Made by a program: the position numbers and the translations under genes. Source: Paraphysomonas bandaiensis (Eukaryota > Protista > Chrysophyceae). From it: 64,000 nucleotides of DNA. Location: positions 1 to 64,000 of the forward strand of contig CBFFRP010000009.1 in assembly GCA_965644295.1 (NCBI GenBank). The letters are read 5' to 3'. This document shows, in pieces, positions 39,446 through 52,200 of this stretch; the first letter of the stretch is position 1, and every line of letters begins with the position of its first letter. Under the pieces are notes generated by a model. The model did not search any database. It had not been told where the DNA came from and saw only the letters and a list, made by a program, of their open reading frames with translations.

Positions 39446-40753
39446 CTATTCATCCCATGGACATGAAGGGTCCTGTGATCGAAGCCACTTCAGAACATCC
39501 AAGTGTCCACCCTCTGCAGCAGCACTGCAAATCGATTTATCCCATGGACATGGAGGGTCCTGTGAACGAAGCCACTTCATAACATCCAAGTGTCCACCCT
39601 CTGCAGCAGCCTCACAAGTCAATTTATCCCATGGACATGGAGGGTCCTGTGATCGAAGCCACTTCAGAACATCCAAGTGTCTACCCTCTGCAGCAGCACT
39701 GCAAGTCCATTCATCCCATGGACATGGAGAGTCCTGAGATCGAAGCCACTTCAGAACATCCAAGTGTCCACCCTCTGCAGCAACACTGCAAGTCAATTTA
39801 CTCCATGGACATGGAGGGTCCCGTGAACGAAGCCACTTCAGAACATCCAAGTGTCCACCCTCTGCAGCAGCCCTGCAAGTCCATTCATCCCATGGACATG
39901 AAGGGTCCTGTGATCGAAGCCACTTCAGAACGTCCAAGTGTCCACCTCTAGCAGCTGCCCTGCATGTCAATTTACTCAATGGGCATGGGGGGTCCTGTGA
40001 ACGAAGCCACTTCAGAACATCCAAGTGTCCACCCTCTGCAGCAGCCTTGGAAGTCCATTCATCCAATGGACATGGAGGGTCCTGTGAACGAAGCCACTTC
40101 AGAACATCCAAGTGTCCACCCTCTGCAGCAGCCTTGCAAGTCAATTTATCCCATGGACATGGGGGGTCCTGTGAACGAAGCCACTTCAGAACATCCAAGT
40201 GTCCACCCTCTGCAGCAGCCTCACAAGTCAATTTATCCCATGGACATGGAGGGTCCTGTGATCGAAGCCACTTCAGAACATCCAAGTGTCCACCCTCTGC
40301 AGCAGCCTTGCAAGTCCATTCATCCAATGGACATGGAGAGTCCTGTGATCGAAGCCACTTCAGAACATCCAAGTGTCCGAACTTGGCAGCACTATCTGCA
40401 GCATTGCAATATTGAGCATAACTCTGTCTGTTATCAGGGTCACATAGGAGTATATTATGATGGGTGATGATAAGCTTGATATGCTCCAGCTGCTGTAGTC
40501 TGCCGTATTGTGCACATGTATTCATTAGTTTGAGGTGTGGGTAGCCCATAGCCAGAGCCCATGAGACCATTGAGTTGGTCATACAGTAGTGAGATGCATG
40601 TGACTCAAGTCTCTCTCTGCTCTTATCAGTGTAGACGATATCGTGAAGTCTCTTACTAGTCATGACCACAGGAAGAAGAGCCGTGTGTGGGATCATAGAG
40701 ATGATGATACGAAGAACATCATCATTAAGATCAGATAGAGTGATTTCATTCAT
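39446..40753 (-). CDS. F-box-like plus ankyrin-repeat protein (10 full and 1 partial 29-aa repeats), intronless
   Basis: LSDLNDDVLRIIISMIP N-terminus, tandem HLDVLKWLRSQDPPCPWDxxTCxAAAEGG units (87 bp). Confidence 0.88.
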   Translation of the reverse strand: MNEITLSDLNDDVLRIIISMIPHTALLPVVMTSKRLHDIVYTDKSRERLESHASHYCMTNSMVSWALAMGYPHLKLMNTCAQYGRLQQLEHIKLIITHHNILLCDPDNRQSYAQYCNAADSAAKFGHLDVLKWLRSQDSPCPLDEWTCKAAAEGGHLDVLKWLRSQDPPCPWDKLTCEAAAEGGHLDVLKWLRSQDPPCPWDKLTCKAAAEGGHLDVLKWLRSQDPPCPLDEWTSKAAAEGGHLDVLKWLRSQDPPCPLSKLTCRAAARGGHLDVLKWLRSQDPSCPWDEWTCRAAAEGGHLDVLKWLRSRDPPCPWSKLTCSVAAEGGHLDVLKWLRSQDSPCPWDEWTCSAAAEGRHLDVLKWLRSQDPPCPWDKLTCEAAAEGGHLDVMKWLRSQDPPCPWDKSICSAAAEGGHLDVLKWLRSQDPSCPWDE

Positions 40754-40915
40754 AGTTTATATGAGGCTGATAGAGTGTTAATACAGCAGATGATTATGAG
40801 ATGAGTTCATATCGATACATGGATATCAGTCACATGGAGCTACTATGAACATGTATACATACTTCGTACATGGACAAATCAGATAAGAGTGAAGTGGAAA
40901 CAACTCTCACTTCAT

Positions 40916-41057
40916 CGTATCGGCATCCTTTGTTTATTTTTGTTCAAAGATGCCTCTAATATTGAGACAATAATTATATGTATTCCAGTCGTAGTTGTAT
41001 TGCAGTAATATAGAGGAATTTTGCTTCAATGTATTCTCGAAAAATAAGATGCATACG
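40916..41057 (-). mobile_element. ~151-bp MITE, inverted copy
   Basis: cgtatcggcatcctttg... is the reverse complement of the 44490-44640 copy. Confidence 0.85.
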
Positions 41058-41667
41058 ATTTCACAAAAACCCACTTCTGAAAGACATAAAAATCCCCACT
41101 AAAATTCATAAAACCCATAAAATACAGAAGCTAATTCTGAGAGTCGTGATGTCAGTGCTAAAATCCATAAAGTACGATAAATCTAGGACTAAAAATCATA
41201 AAAATCATGATTTTGTTTGTGTTACGTGTTATATGATACTTTCTATGCATGAATATGGTTCATTGTTAGCTTAAGATCACTCACAGTTTGGTTGTGTGTC
41301 TATACAGAGTGCTTCATTCGGCTGTCTGTTGATTGTGTTTTATACGGTGTATTTATGTGGTTCGACACACTATTATCTGCTCTGTTAGTTTTGTCCCTCT
41401 TATAGTTCAGATGCACACTATAAGAGCGATAAAACTCATTCCGGAGTATCACTAAACACAAACTAAAGTGAAACAGATAGAGAGGAATCACACAGCACTA
41501 TACGATGATGTGATGCTGAAGGAGGAAGATGTATACTCGTATTATAATGACAGATACAAGTAAAGCAAGTAACAGCTCAGCTTATGATATTCATCATTAC
41601 ATTCACTAGAGGGGTGTAATGTGATACTTACTCTGCTTGTGATGTTCTATTTTTTATAGCCCAGATC

Positions 41668-41909
41668 TAATTTGGTTCGCTATATCTTCTGACTGAGGAG
41701 TACTCAGTGAACCCGTTAAACTGTGATTGTAGAAATTTGAATTTAGGGAGGGTGTATTGTGTATATCGTTCCGCGGCAAATGCTTGACTATATTATTTTA
41801 TTATCCAGTATGTATGTATTGCTATTTATAGCTAGCTTTTAGGAAATAGTTGCCCCATTCTGAGGGCGTGGCCATAGTGTAGGCTGGCTGGTGCACCACC
41901 CAAAACACC
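41668..41909 (+). repeat. Right arm of the inverted repeat; includes the LTR-like start TGCCCCATTCTGAG at 41851
   Basis: Matches 39042-39250 inverted. The start motif is shared with the solo LTRs at 18489 and 21579. Confidence 0.88.
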
Positions 41910-43115
41910 TGCCCGATACTGACATCTTAACTAATCACTGTGTTTGACCGTCTAGTGAGTGCGGCTGAGCCACCCGCCACCCGGATCTACCTAAGTACGC
42001 GTCTGGGATGGAGCATCCAGGACGTTCATATAAATCTCTCTCATAGTCTTCATCATTATCTCTATAGTACGCCACTGGCACTCCTTTCACTCTTCTTCAT
42101 CTCTTCTTCCTCTATACATCACTACCCCTAGCATCCATTTCCAGACTCTCAATGCCCCCAATCTCTAGCTCTATCTGAGATCGTGCCGATAGTGAGCTGG
42201 GTAACTCATAGCGGAGTTGATCACTCTTAATCACTGTATCCAGCTCATGTAGTCCACCAAATGGAACGCCTACAGGTGATTGAACCTTGCTATCACGTCT
42301 TATCATCCCTGTCTATGTGCACAGGCCACAACACTCAACTACTCTGCTCTATCTAATAATCCATATCCTTCGACCTATATTCCCATAGTTAATTCTAGAA
42401 GTGATTTACCAGCCATAAATAGCTAGATTTCTACTTCCAAAACTAATCATATAGAAATCCCTTAACGTCCTACGTCGTACGTATCTACTCCTATATCATC
42501 CTACATCCTACCAGTTTACAATCATAATACCATATGGATTAACGATTACCAGAAACCAGAAACGTCCGTTACGTATGTACAAAGCAAGTTGATTTGTGCT
42601 CATCAAAGATATGATGGTCAGTTCAATTTAATTGCAATACAATATATTGTTTCCTAGCTCAGCTTAAATGAGTATATAACTTCCTTAGTTGTGAATAGTG
42701 AATATATTATTATTAGATTATTAGCAATAGGCGTGAGAGGAAGACTGGTCTACAAGCCTAATTGAGCATTGTAGAGAACGACGGAGTCCTGCCTATGCTA
42801 CTATATACCGCTTTTAGCTTTGCTTTGACCTGATGTATGTTGCATTGGTTCTACTGTACCTGCTATGAGGACTTCATGCTTATGTAATGCGTAGCTATTA
42901 GCTATATGCGAGTACAATTCATGACTAGGTTTTACAATAATGATGTACTTTACATTGTAAAGTTTACAACCCATGCAATTGCATTTTATGATAAGTTCAT
43001 TCATGTTGTCAAGCTACTGCTATATTTCATCCATAGCTATACTAAGCAATGAGTATATGGAGCAAATATAGTATTAGGCAGAGAATCAAATGCAGAATAA
43101 AAACACTCTTAATAA

Positions 43116-43835
43116 CTACAGTTTTTTACTCTCACGACCATACGTGTCGTCCAAGAGTTTCCTAACATTATGAACCCACCATATAGCATTTTGCACAACT
43201 AAGGTGTAAGACACCACAATACATACAACATCTTGCACGATAAACTTTGATTCAGATAAATAAAATAAAGCATTCGTAACGTTCAAGAAAAGTAGTACCC
43301 GTGATGTAACGTAGACAACATGATAGAGTATTTCTGCCATATTTTCCATGGTGCCGTAGACTTTCGATGCATGTCTGATGTGGTGTGCAACCCCACCAAT
43401 TTCAAGCAACCATATACCATAGAGCGCAAGATAAGATTCGGAATATATCGTAAATATACCAGCAAGTGCAACAATGTGATGAAACACATATATTTTACGT
43501 TTCTCATTTGTATAATCAATGAATATATCAATTGTATCACCAATGAAATATCCTGCTGAATGAGATGCTGCAAGTACAAACATACGTTTGATAGTATCCT
43601 CATCAATATGATTGAGTATATTATATATATCTATACTAAAGATATCACCTTTTGATCCTTTCATCATTGCATAACTAGTCCATATAGAGGCTATAATACA
43701 ATGAATAACACTGTGAAGTTGTACATTCTCACTGTATTGTTTTAACCATCGTGCTAAGATGATATATATTAGTAATGATGTTAGTAATGGAATGGCATTA
43801 TCCCAATTAATCATATGATTGAATAGATATGTCAT
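43116..43835 (-). CDS. TLC (TRAM/LAG1/CLN8) domain membrane protein
   Basis: SVIHCI, SAGYFIGD, YVFHHIV, LEI and SR motifs with multiple TM helices. Confidence 0.8.
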   Translation of the reverse strand: MTYLFNHMINWDNAIPLLTSLLIYIILARWLKQYSENVQLHSVIHCIIASIWTSYAMMKGSKGDIFSIDIYNILNHIDEDTIKRMFVLAASHSAGYFIGDTIDIFIDYTNEKRKIYVFHHIVALAGIFTIYSESYLALYGIWLLEIGGVAHHIRHASKVYGTMENMAEILYHVVYVTSRVLLFLNVTNALFYLSESKFIVQDVVCIVVSYTLVVQNAIWWVHNVRKLLDDTYGRESKKL

Positions 43836-44305
43836 TATATTATCTGATAATATATGACAGATATGTGATGTATATATATATATATGAGGAGAGTTAGGAG
43901 CAAGTCCTCTCAGTGTCTATTGAAGAACAAGTGAGGCTTGTGGTAGATGCATATACAGCAGTAAGAACTGGACGGTGTTGTGAGATTAGTGGCTAAAGTC
44001 AGAGTTCTATATATTTCTAAAAATCTATAATATTATGGTTTTTATTGGATTTTTTATAGAGATTTTTAGATGGATAATTCTAACAATTATCTGAAAAAAC
44101 GTTTTTATACTTCATAAAATTGGAATTCTATAGAATTCCAATTCGGTTTGTCGATCAGGCAAAAATATCCTGGTTTTATTGTTGTATTCTGTTTTTTGAT
44201 GTAACGAAAAAGGGTGATTTTTTAGCCTGACATACTGACTCTTGTATCCATATCTACTGCTGTAGAGGTGTGCATATGTATACAGAGTATATCGTTGATG
44301 TGCAG

Positions 44306-44640
44306 TGTATCGGCAGTCAGCATCTTATTTTTCGGGAATACATTGAAGCAAATATACTCTATATTACTGCAATACAACTACGGCTGGAATACACATAATT
44401 GTTGTCTCAATATTAGAGCCATATTTGAACAAAAATATATAAAGCATGCCGATACGCCCAGGAGCAGGCAGGAGCTAGCTACAGAACATCGTATCGGCAG
44501 TCAGCATGTTATTTTTCGGAAATAAATTGAAGCATATATTTTCTATATTACTGTAATACAACTACGGCAGAAATACAGATAATTGTTATCTCAATATTAG
44601 AGGCATCTTGGAACAAAAATATACAAAGGATGCCGATACG
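44306..44640 (+). mobile_element. Two adjacent full-length ~151-bp MITE copies (44306-44456 and 44490-44640) with TIR CGTATCGGCA
   Basis: CGTATCGGCA...TGCCGATACG termini and an AT-rich non-coding interior. Confidence 0.88.
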
Positions 44641-46791
44641 ATCATACTATAAGATCCAATGCTCCATTACATGCATATAGCTATAGAAGAACCTATCATT
44701 CTAATTAGATACCATAACAAGAGGATTGAATTCTATGATATAACAACCCCATAGATTGACAATCGTATACATCATTACCTGTCAATGATAATAATGCCGA
44801 TCTTAATAACAATTGCCATGCATAACTCAGTATAGGCATAGCGTGGTATAAGCCGCCCCCCCTCCTCCCTTACGATACGCGGAGTTTCTCATAATCCCAT
44901 ATGTGCTATGCAAGGATAGTGGAGATCTAGCTAGAGCTTGCTTGATGCCAACTCACACAGAATACGCTGAGTTTATATTAACGATCTATACGTTACTTAG
45001 TTTAACCAACACTAGCATTTTACTAAGGCATGCTCTCGGAATGCGGCAACAATCTCACTCCAGCTGAGGAATTTCGTATATATGTTCAGGATTCATTCTT
45101 CTATGAGGATCTCTAATCAACAAACCCCTTGCAATCAACAGAGTTTTATATTGTTAAAATTGCATTTTGTAAACAGTACTTTTTTTCTAGTACACTTTTA
45201 TCGTCAGAAACGTGATATATAGTTGAGACACTTCCCTTGCTTCCTTTCTCATTGGATTGGACTTGCAATAACCAGCTATGAAGCTATTATATTTTATGAT
45301 CTCCCTATTATATATGTCTGGGATTGTATACATTAAAATATATGTTAGAAATGACACAGTAATCATCACTTTTAGGCTAAGAATCAAGATCTGGGGCATA
45401 TTATGCAATGACAAGATGAGCTTGCTACTGATATATGAATTAATTCGAAAGAGAAAAAAAGATTAATGGTGAAGTAGCCAGATTTAATTTATGACTTGCA
45501 CATTTAATGAGAGGTATAGGCCTGCCAATCAAATTTGGTCTATTGTTATTGCAATTATTATTTGATGTCACAATTACGATAATATAAATTACTGCCAAGT
45601 AATTGGAAATCAATTTATTGATACACAGTTAACCAACTAACCACTTAACGTATATAACCATTTAGTAGTATACTTAGTGAATTGCACTTGAAATATATCT
45701 CAGTCCATAAATATATCTCAGTACATATATAAAAACTACAAAAAACTTTTTAAGTAAAGAAATCGCATCTTATTATATCAATAAATTGCTATTTTCTACT
45801 TATAACTCCCTGACCAAAGGTTCCATCATCTACGGTAAAAAACTTGACTTATATGTACCTATTAAGTCTAAAGACCGCACTTCTATCAGTAATATACAAG
45901 ATACCAGAGGGGACTTCATACTAGCAATAATTAACCGCTGCTTGCTTCTATATATTAGATCGCTTGCTATCATGTTAATTCCAAATAAAATAGAGAGCAT
46001 TCCAAGCGGGTGTAATCTTATATCCTCTCATAGTGTGTCATGCTATTACAGAAGGCTTGACCACATTGTTTGACTAACACATCACAAGACACCCCGATTG
46101 TCGAGCAGCATTTCGGCAACAATATAATTATTCGTAAATATACAAGGTGGCAACGAAGCCGCACTTCCCCTGGTGTAAAATGTAAAAGAAGGCGATGACA
46201 GTGAAGATCTACTTCAAGATCTCCATACAATGCAACCTTTGATTGATGATACAATACAGGCACCGAAATGAATCGAACACCTCTTAACAAGATACCGCAG
46301 CATGATACACTTGCATGCCAAAATCAATAAGATTATTCTGACAGATTAACGCAAGAGTAGACTCCTTTAGCTAGAGTTTCTTAAGTTATTAACATGAATT
46401 ATCGCCTTTGGAATGAAAACACAGTTGACCAAGCTATATTGGCAGCTAAATTTTATAGCTAGTAAAGTATGTTGTTTAGCATCAATTAATTGATCAGCAA
46501 TTGGTCGGCTAATATTAGTTTCACTTATAATTGGTTTACAAGTTTACAATTAACAGTTATGCAGCCCTACTGGTTGTACTATTATGTAGAGTTACTTTGC
46601 TTAACTATTACTACATAATTACGATTCCTAAGCGCATAATTACGATTCCTAAGCGCAAAAGAATATTGATATACTCCAAAACGTTTGCAATGACTGTCAT
46701 TTTAAAAGTCTTATAACTACATACCGAATTGTAAGTGCATACATTCAGAAACAATCACCCGACAGTGTTCCGCACTATACAACTACGCATA

Positions 46792-47260
46792 TTAATCACT
46801 TTTAGTACCTCTATTGTTCCAGCAGTCCACCAAATACTGTTCACACGTGGTGCAATCCTGAATACGAAATGTGTGCTTATCCAGACATTCGGCATATCTC
46901 GAATATTCTCTTCCGCATGATTTCTTCAACTCCGACACACTGCAAATAAGGATAGTTAAAATCAATGAGAAAAATCTATAGCTGAAATACTACTTACACA
47001 TTCTTGGTACACACACGTACAAGGTCTCCTTGATTAATACAAACACCAGGATGCTCGCCTTTCTCCATTTTGCATTTAAGGAAATTTATATTAACTGTGG
47101 AACATTCTCTGCCAATAAATTTCCCTGCAGCCCATAATTCCATTGATGATGGTGCATCTAATAATGTCGATTGCTCCCATTTCAAATAATCAGGAAATGT
47201 ATCTTGAATGTCTGCAATAGGGCGACTAGCAGGACCAAGTTTTCTTAAGTCATGTGACAT
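46792..47260 (-). CDS. NDUFA8: Complex I subunit NDUFA8-like (twin CX9C), 2 exons
   Basis: ELWAAGKFIGRECSTVNINFLKCK..HPGVCINQG..VRVC, and exon 2 CGREYSRYAECLD...C. Confidence 0.8.
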
Positions 47261-47816
47261 GATTTATTTAGATAATGCTAAGGTAATTAAGTGTAATTCA
47301 ATAGTTTGATATGATGATTAACCACGAAGGCTTATTACTTGTTTAGTGATGGTTGTATGTTGGAAGGTAATGTGTTGGCTGTGTATTGTGCATATATGCA
47401 TGCAAGGAGTTGCCCATATATACATATACATACACACAGTACATACACATATATAGTGCTGTGCATGCATGCAGTGGTTTGTATGTATTCCGGTATACCC
47501 TACTGTACAATGCATATATCCCTCTCCACTAATCTCTAGCAGTACATCCTCACTGGTGTATAGGTACAGAGTATACCTGTATATCCACGTACCACACATA
47601 TGCACTACATACATGACATACATACCACTGTATATTAGGCACTTGGACGACATGTACTGCTGTACATGTGTAGTCAGTCTACAGCAGTCGAGAAGTACAG
47701 CTGTACATACCTCTCAATAGCACATACATACACAGATATAGAGATAGATAGTATCAATATAACCATAACTCACACACAGATATATATATATTCATACCAC
47801 TCCCTCTCTCATAACC

Positions 47817-49529
47817 ATGCCAGGGTTATCATTTTTATTCAAGAAAGGATGGCATCCTCAAAGTATGGAGAATCAAAAGAAACTCTATCTAGCTGAACAA
47901 GAGGCTCTTAATCGTGCGAAACAAGAAGAAGAAGCTGCATTAGAGATAGCGAAAGAAAGAGAGATGCAACAATATGAAGGAATGGGTGATATGCAATATC
48001 GTGATCCAAGATCATCATCACTTAAATTTATGTATTCTATACCAAAGAAAGATCATGATGATGAGGAGGATATACCGACAGCTCCATCTCAGTATCTTGG
48101 TACGCTTAGATTATATAGAATCTATATATATATGTCGCATCTAATATAATGATATGATAGAAGTTGGACAAGAGGATGAAATGGTTATGGCATTTCGTAG
48201 TAAATTAAAAGGTCGATCATCTCAGGGTAGTAATACTCAAGATACTAATGAAAGTGATTCTCATGGAAATATGTATGATTTTGTTCACAACTCTATGGGG
48301 CATGGATGATTCATACACTGCAGGAAACAGCAGCGGGATATACCTGAGAAGGAAAAACCGACAGGCATGGACACACGATATCCTCCACAGGCATCTGGAG
48401 CCAGCAGTCGAAATGAAAAGGTGTGTTAGCTACTGTGCTATATGATACTTGTTTCAATTTCGTTTATATATAATGCTTTAACTGTATTCAACTTGCGGCT
48501 GTGCTCCTTCGTTATATATTATCAACAGTGGACTTGTACTTTTTGCAATAAATTACATGTGTGACTTGGAAGTGCAATAATTTATTTGGTATAAAATTCA
48601 GCAACACCCTGCACTCGCGAATGCGCCAGTGGAGGGAAGTTTTGCACGGGATAACCCTAGTGTGCGACACAAGCCCTTCAATGAGCCTATTCGTAACATA
48701 CAATGCCTACGCTGTGGGGAATGGTGAGTAGTATCATATTTTAAGATTTTCCTCTCTATACTGCACTTACTCATATAAGGATGACACTATATCAATATAT
48801 ATGTATTTAAGGCGCCGTACTTAATGCATGTGATTCTATCCAGGGGACACCAAAGTGGTGACCGAGAATGTCCAATGCGTGATTTTAACCCACATGATTG
48901 GGCCAGACAGAAGCGAGAGGATCCTCTTACTTTCATGACCAATGACATGCAGCTCACTAAGCAGAAACTTATTCTGCGGCATGCTGCGTTACCGTCTGAG
49001 ATGCAGTTTAGCTTGGCAGGAGATGCAGGCCAACAGTTGGTTCATTCCGATGATGAAGACGGTAAAAAAGTGGATGCTTAGTTATTAGTGTAAAAACTTT
49101 GGGTGGATTAGGTGACAGTGACCCGGAAGCAGAATTTCTCTCTTCTCTGTCTTCGAAGGAGAAAAGACTGCTACTGATGCACTTGGAGGTATGCTGTGCA
49201 TTTCACGCATATAACACTTCTATTTGTGCGCTGTATATAAGTTACTTTGTTGTATGTCCATTATTAGTGCGATTCTGTTTTGCCTATACTATGTAATTTC
49301 TTTAACTGATGGTATTCTTCTGCTGCAGCTAATGGAAGCGGACGGGGAGGAGGTGTCTACCTACAGTGCATTCTCTCACCCCGAGGTTGGCGGCGATGAC
49401 AGTGATAGTAGTGACGATAGTACATCAACTCGGAAGAAAAAGAAAAAGTCTTCTTCGAAAAAGCATTCGAAGAGGAGAGATAGAAGCCGGTCACCTGCGA
49501 AGAAAAAGCATAAAAAACATAAGCATTAA
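47817..49529 (+). CDS. CIR1/RP9-like nuclear protein (Cir_N domain, zinc knuckle, K/S-rich tail), multi-exon
   Basis: FLFKKGWHPQSMENQKKLYLAEQ, NAPVEG, and IQCLRCGEWGHQSGDRECP across an intron. Confidence 0.8.
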
Positions 49530-50245
49530 CTGTCTCATGTATATAATATATAATGTATTGTCATTTATCATGGTATAGTGTGGTGTTATTGCAGCTATAA
49601 TACTAGTTATTACTAACACACATTACACATTACAAGACAAACGAAATGTTATTAATCTGTACTACGAATTAAGTCAGGGTTAGGGATCAGAATCCTAGAG
49701 TAGTTCTATGTTCTATTACTTTGAATTGTGTGATGCTCTATCATACAGTTTTACTGAGTGCTCTATTCTTATACATTTAATAAAATGCGCCATTGTGTTG
49801 CGTGTTGCGAAACTCCAGTCAAGTTGTCAATAATTAATAACTAATGTCAGTTAATTGATTTCTAAAACCTATAATTATAATCTCATATCACTTTGCTACC
49901 GAAACAAACATTAATATAATTTGCATATCCCCTTGCCCTGACATAGAAATATATACAATATAATATATCAAATAAGTAATATTACCCTTATCAAGAGTAA
50001 TATATCAAGCTGGCTTACTATTCTACCTAAAACGAAATCCGTAATTATCTTGAAATATGTTTATTACAATGAAACGGTGGAAACTGCTGAAGATAAACAG
50101 ACTATCGATTTCCGACGAGTAGATGTACATAGCTTTGGTGTAATAAACTCTAGTTACATAGATGTACGAAATCCATACATATACAGAGTAACTCGGCAAA
50201 GCATCGTATCATATCTTCTATTATGATGGAAGAACTTAGAACTTA

Positions 50246-51592
50246 CTAGGCCGGATTTCTCACAGAAACTTCCATGTTACACCCTTTCCATGAGCGCAAC
50301 GATATCCATCTCTGTCGCTCCCAATCAAAGAACCTCGGGTGAAATTCAGCACCACGGGCCTTATCAAACTGTAGGAGATTTCTTACTAGTCTATCAAGGT
50401 GTGTGTTTCTAAAAAATGGCGGATAAGCGATCAAAAGAACAGCGGTTCTAGCTCCAAGCTGAAGTCGAAATGGGTGAGGCCGCGAATCTAATAACCGTTC
50501 GCTTGCTGTATGAGATGAATCAGGGGATAATATTTCACCAGATGGTGTTTCTTTTTCCCACGGGCCATCTGCAGTTATAATAGAGCAGAATGCAGAGGCA
50601 TCGAATTCGCTCGGTACTTTCAGAGCAGCTAACTTTACTCTCCCAGCTAACGAGCCACGAGTGCATTCATATGACAGCAGATCACTGATAGATATACTGT
50701 TTCGTTCATCGCCTATACTATAGTCCCGGGGAGGAGAGGATGAGTCAGTATTCAGTCGGTAGTTCAGGCCGCCCCAAGGGGGGTCGATGACAAGCGTGTC
50801 AATACAATCAAAGAGACCAGAGTTCTGCCCAACCAATATAGGGACAGCGTTGTGGGGCAACACCTTCCACTTACATCCACCTTCTGATACACGTGGAAAG
50901 AGTACTGACATATTGTGGTCCAAGTCACGGGCACGGGATGTGTTGATCTCAAACGCTATAACTTTGGTGTACGCGCCGGACCGGATAAGGGACGCAACAT
51001 TCCCCCCCGCGCCCGCAGTACAATCTACCGCTACTCGCTCACTTATACCTACGTCCGAAAACGCCACGGAAAGTAGGTCCAGACAAGCTGTAGATACTGC
51101 ATCTGCAGCGACCTCATCAGTGATAGAATATGATGCTTCGGGATCTAAACGAAGAGAAAGTCTCTGCTCGTGACTTGCAGATGGGAAAGCTTGACACAAT
51201 TTCGTATTAAAACACGGCTGCACAGTAAGGAATGTACATCCCGTTTGACGCATAGAATCAAGTGCAATATCTTCTTCACATTCATTACTCTCCTGTTGAT
51301 TATATGGACCATAACTAAAGGTTGGAACGAAAAGTTTTCCATTCATATCACGACAGCAATTATCTCTATCAATTTCAGTATTAAAATGTAACCATGCCCA
51401 TCCTCTTGCATGTCCACAACTATTATGATCTACACGAACCCTCTTACAGTGATATGGTCTTAACTGTGATTGGATGGACCTGCGAGCCCCTCGACCGTTA
51501 CGATAAAGAGGAACACCATATGCAAATGCAATAAAATGTTCTTTCTTTTTGTTACCGGGAGGAAGAGAATTGGATGGAGTGGTAGACTCCAT
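50246..51592 (-). CDS. TGS-like RNA cap guanine-N2 methyltransferase with an RRM-like N-terminus, intronless
   Basis: YSIT, DCTAGAGGN and DPPWGG motifs. RGWAWLHF is RNP1-like. Confidence 0.8.
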   Translation of the reverse strand: MESTTPSNSLPPGNKKKEHFIAFAYGVPLYRNGRGARRSIQSQLRPYHCKRVRVDHNSCGHARGWAWLHFNTEIDRDNCCRDMNGKLFVPTFSYGPYNQQESNECEEDIALDSMRQTGCTFLTVQPCFNTKLCQAFPSASHEQRLSLRLDPEASYSITDEVAADAVSTACLDLLSVAFSDVGISERVAVDCTAGAGGNVASLIRSGAYTKVIAFEINTSRARDLDHNMSVLFPRVSEGGCKWKVLPHNAVPILVGQNSGLFDCIDTLVIDPPWGGLNYRLNTDSSSPPRDYSIGDERNSISISDLLSYECTRGSLAGRVKLAALKVPSEFDASAFCSIITADGPWEKETPSGEILSPDSSHTASERLLDSRPHPFRLQLGARTAVLLIAYPPFFRNTHLDRLVRNLLQFDKARGAEFHPRFFDWERQRWISLRSWKGCNMEVSVRNPA

Positions 51593-51656
51593 TGAGGACA
51601 AGTGGCTAAATTGAACTATATGAACAGCACAACCTACTACATATACATATACACAG

Positions 51657-51657
<1 letters not shown>

Positions 51658-51687
<30 letters not shown>

Positions 51688-52133
51688 TGTATGTATGTAT
51701 GTATGTATGTATGTATGTATGTATGTATGTATGTATGTATGTATGTATGTATGTATGTATGTATGTATGTATGTATGTATGTATGTATGTATGTATGTAT
51801 GTATGTATGTATGTATGTATGTATGTATGTATGTATGTATGTATGTATGTATGTATGTATGTATGTATGTATGTATGTATGTATGTATGTATGTATGTAT
51901 GTATGTATGTATGTATGTATGTATGTATGTATGTATGTATGTATGTATGTATGTATGTATGTATGTATGTATGTGTATGTATGTATGTATGTATGTATGT
52001 ATGTATGTATGTATGTATGTATGTATGTATGTATGTATGTATGTATGTATGTATGTATGTATGTATGTATGTATGTATGTATGTATGTATGTATGTATGT
52101 ATGTATGTATGTATGTATGTATGTATGTGTATG
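51658..52133. repeat. (TATG)n microsatellite, about 470 bp
   Basis: Nearly perfect tetranucleotide array with a slip near 51974. Confidence 0.98.
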
Positions 52134-52200
52134 TCAGCATAGTGGATACGAATGTGTGTGTCTGTTATTTGCTCATATCTGTCACAGTACTTCTTCTACT

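Noticed and set aside
39396-40467. Plus-strand repetitive ORFs and a CRISPR-like periodicity
   Set aside because: These are antisense shadows of the ankyrin coding repeats, with no unique spacers and no cas genes.
41690-41715. CTGAGGA hammerhead-like core in the inverted repeat
   Set aside because: No properly placed GAAA or stems could be built by eye.
45187-46716. Short ORFs in AT-rich intergenic DNA
   Set aside because: No motifs or splice-consistent gene structure.
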